Shown here in pieces: positions 17,137 to 23,245 of a stretch of 32,000 bases of DNA. The DNA is from Ignicoccus pacificus DSM 13166 (GTDB lineage: Archaea; Thermoproteota; Thermoprotei_A; Sulfolobales; Ignicoccaceae): assembly GCA_025340205.1 (NCBI GenBank), contig CP006868.1, forward strand, positions 1,560,001 to 1,592,000. Direction: 5' to 3'. The notes below the pieces were generated by a model. That model did not search any database, had not been told where the DNA came from, and saw nothing but the letters and a program-made list of their open reading frames with translations. Every line of letters begins with the position of its first letter. The first letter of the stretch is position 1. A program made the position numbers and the translations under genes.

Positions 17137-17592
17137 GTGTCAGCGCCAGGAGGAAAGAGCAAGGAGTTGAAGATTGTAGCAAGGCAAGTAGTAACGCTAG
17201 ATGACATAAAGAAGAGCAAAAGGATGATCACCGTACTGCACATAGTGAAGCACCTTGGTGAGATCTCCGAGAAGGGTCTAACGCACTTGCTCTACGAAAT
17301 GAAGGAAAAGGGAGTCGACCTAGGCTACCAGTTTGTTAAGATAGGAAAGGTAATAGGTAGCAACGAGGTTCACCAAGACATCCTAGATTTACTCTATGTG
17401 GGTCTCATGGAGAGGGTGCCGGGCAAGAACAAGCTACGCTTGACCTCTGACGGCGAGGAGTTCTTGGAGAAGTACGGTGGAATAGTTTCCGAGGATGAAC
17501 TAAAGAGGATACTGGAAGTGGTCGATGAATTGAAGAGTACCATCAGTACGATCGAGGCAGAGGCTGAGATGAAAGGTAGAGTAAGGTGGTAG
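17137..17592 (+). CDS. Winged-helix-like protein with a coiled-coil C-terminal tail
   Basis: 151 aa. GTG start preceded by GAGGGGGTGA. ITVLHIVKHLGEISEKGLTHLLYEMKEKG...GLMERVPGKNKLRLTSDGEEFL looks like HTH plus wing. Confidence 0.5.
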   Translation: MSAPGGKSKELKIVARQVVTLDDIKKSKRMITVLHIVKHLGEISEKGLTHLLYEMKEKGVDLGYQFVKIGKVIGSNEVHQDILDLLYVGLMERVPGKNKLRLTSDGEEFLEKYGGIVSEDELKRILEVVDELKSTISTIEAEAEMKGRVRW

Positions 17593-17599
17593 GTTTCAC

Positions 17600-18346
17600 A
17601 TGCCACTACCCTCCAAGAAGCCTGAAAAGATTTCATTAACTATCTTGTTAAAGCCCGAGCTCTCGGAACATCACATCAGTGCAGAGTATGGTCAGACGCC
17701 CTCAGATCTAAGAACTACTTTAGCTAACAAGCTCGGAGTCTCTCCAAACAGGATAAGGTTGTTCGTCAAGAGGCCCGATGGTTCGGAGTACGACATAACT
17801 CACACTTCCGAGAGCGTCGGATCCCTAGTACAGAAATATGGTTCAATTTGGTATGCAACCATAGAGGAGCCCTACGGCTCCTCCCTTCTTTTAGAGGCAA
17901 TAAGTACCTTTAGGGAACATTACCTTAGCTCCGAATACTTAAAGAAACACTTCCATCCATTGGCTGAAGATCCCGGTCTTGGAATTCATGCAAGGCTCTT
18001 ATGCAAAAAGCCTCAGTACTGCGCTAACAACAGACCCTACGACGTGTTCATCCTCCCGAGCGTGGGATATCCTAACACTGAGCCTCTAATATTCGTAAGT
18101 CCTAAGGTATGGCATAAGTGCTGTTTCTACACGCTCAATGAAGAGTACTTCAGAACTAAGGCTTTGGAATTCCCAGAACTAGCTCCTTCCTTGGAAAAAG
18201 TAGCTGAAATGGTTAGCATGTCCGTTAACGCATGTGTTATGCATCTAGAGTCTTGGGATTATATCAGGCAAAGCGAGAACCCTCTGGAGGTAGTGGCCCT
18301 TGCGCTATGCACGGACGTTGGACTCTGCCACAGTACCGGTGCATAG
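17600..18346 (+). CDS. Fusion of an N-terminal beta-grasp (ubiquitin-like) domain and a C-terminal E2/UBC-like domain
   Basis: 248 aa. Residues ~10-92 (ISLTILLKPELSEHHISAEYGQTPSDLRTTLANKLGVSPNRIRLFVKRPDGSEYDI...GSIWYATIEE) follow the ubiquitin beta-beta-alpha-beta pattern. Residues ~95-248 follow the UBC pattern: an N-terminal helix, a beta-meander, then YDVFILPSVGYPNTEPLIFVSPKVWHKCC. Compare E2 [30 protein letters not shown]...C. Assignment is by eye only. Confidence 0.55.
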   Translation: MPLPSKKPEKISLTILLKPELSEHHISAEYGQTPSDLRTTLANKLGVSPNRIRLFVKRPDGSEYDITHTSESVGSLVQKYGSIWYATIEEPYGSSLLLEAISTFREHYLSSEYLKKHFHPLAEDPGLGIHARLLCKKPQYCANNRPYDVFILPSVGYPNTEPLIFVSPKVWHKCCFYTLNEEYFRTKALEFPELAPSLEKVAEMVSMSVNACVMHLESWDYIRQSENPLEVVALALCTDVGLCHSTGA

Positions 18347-18686
18347 AGCACTGATCAACGCTGAGATCTTCGTTGACGTTCTCAGAAAAGGGGTGCAGAA
18401 CAAGTGCTACAAGATCTCAAAGGATGCGTCCGAAGACGTAATAAGCTTCATAGGGAAGATGGATGACGAATTGCTCCTCCTAGAAAGAGCGAGAGATGTT
18501 AGTGCTTTAGAGAAAGGACCCACTAGCGTAAAGACTGCTGACTTGAAGCCCGAGGACTTGGTCCTCGTGCACTACCACTGCGGAATCTCCCCCGAGCCGT
18601 CAGCTATAGACATAGATACGATGAGTTTGGCTCTAAGGGTTCAACTGCTAGCAACCATACCCGGAAGGCCCGCGTGTTCGGAATAG
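18300..18686 (+). CDS. JAMM/MPN+ (JAB) metallopeptidase, minimal prokaryotic type
   Basis: 128 aa. Exact JAMM motif H-Y-H-CGISPEP-S-AI-D (HxHx7SxxD) at 18570-18611, with an upstream Glu in SEDVISFIGK (E-x-x-x-x-F/L-x-G pattern). TTG 18300 is preceded by GGAGGT with 8-nt spacing. GTG 18339 is an alternative start. Confidence 0.75.
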   Translation: MRYARTLDSATVPVHRALINAEIFVDVLRKGVQNKCYKISKDASEDVISFIGKMDDELLLLERARDVSALEKGPTSVKTADLKPEDLVLVHYHCGISPEPSAIDIDTMSLALRVQLLATIPGRPACSE

Positions 18687-19096
18687 CCTCTCCTACCCAG
18701 AGCGGGAGATCCTTCTGTATCGACTTAGCCCTTTACGAACCCGTTCCTATGATGAGCATAGGCTATGAGGACATAAAGGTGAACGTGAAGGATTATTCGT
18801 TTATCAGAATAAAGAAGAAGGCTTTCATAAGCTACGAGATAGATGAAGGCGAACTGGCGATATATGGCGAACCTTGCTCTACGCCCGAAGAAGGATGTAT
18901 ACCTTACAGAGTGGGCTCCACGTCCAAGATAACATTGGAGGACTTCATATTCATTGGTTCCTACCACCTCAACACTAAACTCTCGGAATTTCCTTATGTA
19001 AAGATAACGGGTGACAAGGTTAGAGGTTATGCTATCAAGGTCTTTAACCTCGACGTGAAGAAGGCCGTGATAAGGGGCGTACCTTGGAGAGTGTAG
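18674..19096 (+). CDS. Hypothetical beta-rich protein embedded between the JAB and E1 genes
   Basis: 140 aa. The GTG start overlaps the JAB stop by 13 nt, and the stop overlaps the E1 start. No family recognised. Confidence 0.5.
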   Translation: MFGIASPTQSGRSFCIDLALYEPVPMMSIGYEDIKVNVKDYSFIRIKKKAFISYEIDEGELAIYGEPCSTPEEGCIPYRVGSTSKITLEDFIFIGSYHLNTKLSEFPYVKITGDKVRGYAIKVFNLDVKKAVIRGVPWRV

Positions 19097-19872
19097 CAAG
19101 GGGGTTTCAAGAGAGAACGAGCAAGTACATGAGTGACATGGGATACGATGTAAGCGATAAGAGCGTTCTAATAGGAGGAGTTGGCACTCTAGGCTCAAGG
19201 ATTCTCAGGAACCTTTCACGCTTCAATTTCAAGAAGATCTACGTGATAGACTTTGATGTGGTGGGTCCAGAGAACGTAGGTTATCAATGCTACCACAGCG
19301 AAGAAGTCGGTCTGAAGAAGGTTGAGTGCATAAGCAAGAGGTTTCAAAAGTTCCACCCATGGACGAACATAGAAGGTCTGTACCTAGAAGTTCCTACTCC
19401 TTCGGGACTCTGGAGCGAGGAGAGTTTCGAGAAGATTCGTTCCTTAGTAAAGAGCGTTGATATAGTGGTTACATCCTTCGACGTCCTCCCTCCTCGAGCG
19501 ACTCTCCTAGTGTTGGCTGTGAAATATAATAAATTCTTTATCGATACTGGACTTGGACCTACAAGAGGATATGTAAAGGTACTCCAAGAAGGTTATTGTC
19601 CTATATGTGGAAAGATCTGGGATGAGAGAGTAGCTTACTACACGAATCCCAACTTAGCAGAGCTGGTCGCCTCGCTAGCGTCCCAAGCGGTAATTCACCT
19701 ACTTAACGGCGTAGATTGGCCCAGCGAAGTCAGCATATACTTAGAAAATCCATGGAGACCTCTCATGGTTAGTAAGGTTAAGAACGATGGATGCAGGTTG
19801 TGTTCAGAAGAGGTTAAGGAGCTAGAGACTTCTGAAGAATTTTTGAGGTATATAATAAAAAACGCCTATTGA
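19084..19872 (+). CDS. ThiF/MoeB/E1-like adenylating enzyme (ubiquitin-activating-enzyme-like)
   Basis: 262 aa. VLIGGVGTLGSRILRNLSRFNFKKIYVIDFDVVGPENVGYQ aligns by eye with the ThiF/MoeB Rossmann segment (GxGxxG at 19174-19197, D-x-D, N-x-x-x-Q). Also GLKKVE, TSFDVLPPRATL and two Cys pairs, CPIC and CRLC (zinc site as in MoeB/ThiF). ATG 19129 is an alternative start. Confidence 0.8.
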   Translation: MESVARGFQERTSKYMSDMGYDVSDKSVLIGGVGTLGSRILRNLSRFNFKKIYVIDFDVVGPENVGYQCYHSEEVGLKKVECISKRFQKFHPWTNIEGLYLEVPTPSGLWSEESFEKIRSLVKSVDIVVTSFDVLPPRATLLVLAVKYNKFFIDTGLGPTRGYVKVLQEGYCPICGKIWDERVAYYTNPNLAELVASLASQAVIHLLNGVDWPSEVSIYLENPWRPLMVSKVKNDGCRLCSEEVKELETSEEFLRYIIKNAY

Positions 19873-19874
19873 TC

Positions 19875-21179
19875 TTACTTAGGCACTATCTTCTCGTATA
19901 GCTTCAGTCCAGTGCTGGGGCTCCAGAAGCCCACGTCCACGAAGGTAGGCTTGCCGTTGACTATCTTGACGGTCCATATGCTATAGCTGGTGGTTAGGGG
20001 CTCCTGATAGATGGCGTTCATGCTCTTCTGTCCGCTGAAGCCCTTGTAGATGTAGCTCATTTCAATTATAGCATGCTCCATTAGGTTGGGGTTGAAGCTA
20101 GCAGCCCTCAGAGCTCCTAGGGTCACTAGCCAGACGGCGTCGTATAGGGTGTCGCTGAACTCAACGGGAGCCTTTCCGTACACGCTCTCATAGTACTTGA
20201 TGAAGTTACCGGCGGTGTAGGGGGCGGTTCCTAGGACGTGCTTGATGGCTAGTATCTTGGCGACCACGGGATCAGCTAGCAGAGCAGGTCCCTTGACGGC
20301 CTCAGTGAAGAACCATGGATACTTCTGTAGTCCTAGAGTTAGAGCTTGTCTTAGTATGACCTTGATCTCGTCGAAGGCTAGCCAGACTATGGCTTGTGGG
20401 TTGTAGTTGTAGATGCTCCTTAGCTCAGCTAGGTAGCTCCTGGCGTTGGGATCGTAGGGTATCAGGTAGGCCTTACCTCCTAGGTTCTCGAAGGCTTGCT
20501 TAAAGGCTAGGGCGAATCCTCTTCCATAGTCGTCATTCCTGTAGAAGAATACCACCTTCTTGTAGCCGAAGCTGTGAACGACGCTGGCTAGGGCCTTTCC
20601 TTGGAATAGGTCGCTGCTGACGCTGAAGAAGACGTAGCTGTAACCCATCTTCTTGATAGCGGCCTCGTTGTTGAACCTCACTAGAGGAGAGGTGCTGGAG
20701 TGGCTCATTAGTATGACCTTCAGCTCGGTGTTGATAACGTCTTGCAGAGTACCGACAGCAGCACTGGTAGCGGGTCCGACTATCATGTGGACGTGGTCTA
20801 TGTTGACTAGCTTCCTAGCCTTCTCTAGAGCTATCTGAGGCATGGTCTGAGTGTCCTCGACTATTAGGGTGACGTGGAAGGGTAGACCTAGCTCCTTGAA
20901 GCACGTATTTATGTCCCTAACAGCTAGCTTGGCTGCGTACTGCTCGTCGGCGAAGGAAGCCAGAGCGCCGCTCAGAGGAATCAGAGCACCTATCTTGATG
21001 TTGGTAGTTCCTAGACCCTCCTTTACCTTCTCTAGACCTCCAGCTCTGTTGATAGCTATCTTGAGGTACTCACACTTAGGACCGCCGTACTTCTCTTGAG
21101 GAGCCGCATGGACCAAGACGGTGCCGAACACTAGGGCGGTTAGCAGGAGGGCGAAGATAACCTTCTTCACCACATTCAC
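19875..21179 (-). CDS. ABC transporter substrate-binding protein, LivJ/branched-chain amino acid type (paralog A)
   Basis: 434 aa. N-terminal signal/anchor. IKIGALIPLSGALASFADEQYAAKLAVRDIN...MIVGPATSAAV is the typical Peripla_BP_6 pattern. No adjacent permease or ATPase genes. Confidence 0.85.
   Translation of the reverse strand: MNVVKKVIFALLLTALVFGTVLVHAAPQEKYGGPKCEYLKIAINRAGGLEKVKEGLGTTNIKIGALIPLSGALASFADEQYAAKLAVRDINTCFKELGLPFHVTLIVEDTQTMPQIALEKARKLVNIDHVHMIVGPATSAAVGTLQDVINTELKVILMSHSSTSPLVRFNNEAAIKKMGYSYVFFSVSSDLFQGKALASVVHSFGYKKVVFFYRNDDYGRGFALAFKQAFENLGGKAYLIPYDPNARSYLAELRSIYNYNPQAIVWLAFDEIKVILRQALTLGLQKYPWFFTEAVKGPALLADPVVAKILAIKHVLGTAPYTAGNFIKYYESVYGKAPVEFSDTLYDAVWLVTLGALRAASFNPNLMEHAIIEMSYIYKGFSGQKSMNAIYQEPLTTSYSIWTVKIVNGKPTFVDVGFWSPSTGLKLYEKIVPK
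20313..20363. repeat. 51-bp tract identical to 21692-21742 (inside paralog A)
   Basis: CCATGGATACTTCTGTAGTCCTAGAGTTAGAGCTTGTCTTAGTATGACCTT is present in both paralogs. On the minus strand it encodes KVILRQALTLGLQKYPW. Confidence 0.9.
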
Positions 21180-21256
21180 CGAATGTGGTACGAGTGACCC
21201 ACTTTATAAAAGTTAGTTTTTAAGTTGGGGCATTACTTGATTAGGTAAAAATTAGG

Positions 21257-22558
21257 TTACCTTGGATGTATTGGCATGTATAGCTCGATTCCAGTATCAG
21301 GATCCCAGAAGCCGACCTTGACTACGGTAGGCTTGCCGTTGACTATCTTTATAGTCCAGTAGTGATAGCTAGTCTTCATCGGCTCTTGGGTCAGCGGGTT
21401 GAACTTCTTTGGTCCGGTGTAGCCCTTGAAGTAAGCTCCTACCTCGAGCAGCGCTTGCCTAATGGCATCGGCTTGATACTTTCCGGCCTTTAGAACGCTG
21501 AGGGCGGATAGCCATAGAGTGTCATAGATGTAGTCAGCATAGAGCATTGGAGGTATTCCGAACTTCTTCTCGTAGAGCTTAGCGAAGGCCTCGCTTCCTC
21601 CGGGTCCGGTTCCAATACCCTGCTTGAGGGCCACTATCTTGGCTAGGTAGGGGTCATTGAGGAGCACTCCTCTACAAGTCTCACTGAACAGCCATGGATA
21701 CTTCTGTAGTCCTAGAGTTAGAGCTTGTCTTAGTATGACCTTCAGCTCGTCGAAGGATATGAAGAGTATGGCGTCGGGCTTGCTAGCCGCGACCACTCTC
21801 AGCTCGGCGTCGAAGGTCCTGGCGTTAGGGTCATATGGGACTAGGACGACCTTGCCTCCATGCTTGGCGAAGTAGTACTTGAAGGCGGTAGCTAGACCTA
21901 CTCCGTAGTCGTCTTGCCTATACATTATGGTTACCTTCTTGTAACCAAGCTTGGCAGCTAGGTCAGCTAGGGCGTTTCCTTGAAGGAAGTCGTTAGTGAT
22001 AGCCCAGAATATGTAGGACTTTCCGGTCTTAGCGATATACTCCTTGTAGTTCTCAACTCTTAGATTGGGTGCAGTACTGGTAGCAGACATCACCACGACG
22101 TGAAGCTCCTCGTTGACGGGGTACATCAAGGAGCCCATGGGCCTGCTGGTGATCCTTCCAGCGATTATCTGAACTCCTTGGAGAGCTAGCTTTCTAACGA
22201 CCTCGACGGCGGTCTGAGGATCGGTCCTAGTGTCCTCGGGCAGGAACTTGAACCTCCAAGGCAGTCCAAGCTTTTCCATACAACCGTTGATCTCATCGGA
22301 GGCCAGCTTTATGGCGTTGTAGTTGGAGACGGCGAAGGATCCTAGAGCTCCGCTCAGGGGGGCGGGAGCTCCTATTAGGATAGTTTTAGGAAGGTGTATG
22401 TTGTTGACGCCGCCGGCCCACTCTACTACCTTCATAATACTCTCACAGTTAGGTCCCAGCTGGTAAGGCTGGGTTAGCAGGGAGAGCTCTTGCTTGCTCA
22501 AGCCAGCAGCGAAGAGCATCACTCCGAGAGCTAGAAATACTACCAGCGCCTTCTTCAC
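21257..22558 (-). CDS. ABC transporter substrate-binding protein, LivJ/branched-chain amino acid type (paralog B)
   Basis: 433 aa. Same architecture as paralog A (ILIGAPAPLSGALGSFAVSNYNAIKLASDEIN...). Tandem, same strand. Confidence 0.85.
   Translation of the reverse strand: MKKALVVFLALGVMLFAAGLSKQELSLLTQPYQLGPNCESIMKVVEWAGGVNNIHLPKTILIGAPAPLSGALGSFAVSNYNAIKLASDEINGCMEKLGLPWRFKFLPEDTRTDPQTAVEVVRKLALQGVQIIAGRITSRPMGSLMYPVNEELHVVVMSATSTAPNLRVENYKEYIAKTGKSYIFWAITNDFLQGNALADLAAKLGYKKVTIMYRQDDYGVGLATAFKYYFAKHGGKVVLVPYDPNARTFDAELRVVAASKPDAILFISFDELKVILRQALTLGLQKYPWLFSETCRGVLLNDPYLAKIVALKQGIGTGPGGSEAFAKLYEKKFGIPPMLYADYIYDTLWLSALSVLKAGKYQADAIRQALLEVGAYFKGYTGPKKFNPLTQEPMKTSYHYWTIKIVNGKPTVVKVGFWDPDTGIELYMPIHPR
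21692..21742. repeat. 51-bp tract identical to 20313-20363 (inside paralog B)
   Basis: See the feature at 20313-20363. The flanking 14 nt differ at only 2 positions. Confidence 0.9.
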
Positions 22559-22693
22559 GTCAGACTCACCTCAACAGCCTTTGCCCACCTAATCAAATAT
22601 ATATCTTCATGAAAGATACCAGTACACGTTCCATCACTTCATTATACCTAACTTCCCGTATATACTTCTCAATAAAGAAGACTATACACCAAA

Positions 22694-22703
22694 CTTATTA
22701 AGG
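22694..22703 (+). promoter_or_regulatory. TATA-like element (CTTATTAAGG) upstream of tRNA-Phe
   Basis: It ends 27 nt before the tRNA 5' end. Confidence 0.4.
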
Positions 22704-22729
22704 CACTGATGAGACGTAGCGATGGAAGG

Positions 22730-22801
22730 GCCGCCGTAGCTCAGCGGGAGAGCGCCCGGCTGAAGACCGGGTTGTCCGGGGTTCGAATCCCCGCGGCGGC
22801 A
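22730..22801 (+). tRNA. tRNA-Phe (anticodon GAA)
   Basis: GCCGCCG acceptor pairs with CGGCGGC, followed by discriminator A. D arm GCTC/GAGC. Anticodon stem CCCGG/CCGGG with loop CTGAAGA. T arm CGGGG-TTCGAAT-CCCCG. No encoded CCA and no intron. Confidence 0.9.
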
Positions 22802-22921
22802 CTATCCTCCGACTCAGCAATTCACTTCCTCACTCAAAAGCTCCTCTCTTCATGACAAATCCGAACAAACCAAGTCCTTTTAACCTCACTCACAGACCCC
22901 TACTCCACGGTGAGGGAAGCT

Positions 22922-23245
22922 ATGGAGTACATCTACGCTAGTTTGCTACTCCACTCTGCCAACAAGGAGATAACCGAGGAGAACTTGAAGAAGGTGCTCG
23001 AGGCCGCTGGAATCCAAGTCGACGACGTGAGGCTAAAGGCTCTGGTGGCGGCCCTCAAGGAGGTCAACATAGACGAGGCTATCAAGAGCGCCGCCTTCCC
23101 CGTAGCAGCGCCCGCTGCCGCTCCGGCTGCTGCCCCGGCTGCTGGAGCCGAGGAGAAGAAGGAAGAGGAAGAGGAGGAAGAGGAGAAGAAGGAGGCTGTC
23201 AGCGAGGAGGAGCTATCCGCTGGTCTCGGCGCCCTCTTCGGCTAA
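22922..23245 (+). CDS. rpl12: Ribosomal stalk protein P1 (archaeal L12/aP1)
   Basis: [54 protein letters not shown], an Ala/Pro hinge, a Glu/Lys-rich tail, and the terminal GLGALFG. ATG 22922 is preferred to GTG 22910. Confidence 0.92.
   Translation: MEYIYASLLLHSANKEITEENLKKVLEAAGIQVDDVRLKALVAALKEVNIDEAIKSAAFPVAAPAAAPAAAPAAGAEEKKEEEEEEEEKKEAVSEEELSAGLGALFG

Noticed and set aside
17137-17592. The internal ...EEFLEKYGG di-glycine, followed by a 33-aa tail, in the 151-aa protein. I considered it as a candidate free Ubl precursor for the E1/E2/JAB system.
   Set aside because: The preceding sequence reads as a helix-turn-helix plus wing (helical, MarR/PadR-like), not a beta-grasp. The GG is therefore most likely coincidental. 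It is worth a glance in a structure prediction, but I do not claim it.
22704-22712. A CTGATGAG motif just upstream of tRNA-Phe (hammerhead core or C-box look-alike).
   Set aside because: There is no matching GAAA or helix arrangement and no D box. It lies between the TATA-like box and the tRNA 5' end, so it is probably just leader sequence.
23084-23200. A repetitive GCN/CCG (Ala-Pro) tract and a GAG/GAA/AAG (Glu-Lys) tract.
   Set aside because: These are the normal flexible hinge and acidic tail of ribosomal stalk protein P1, not a repeat element.
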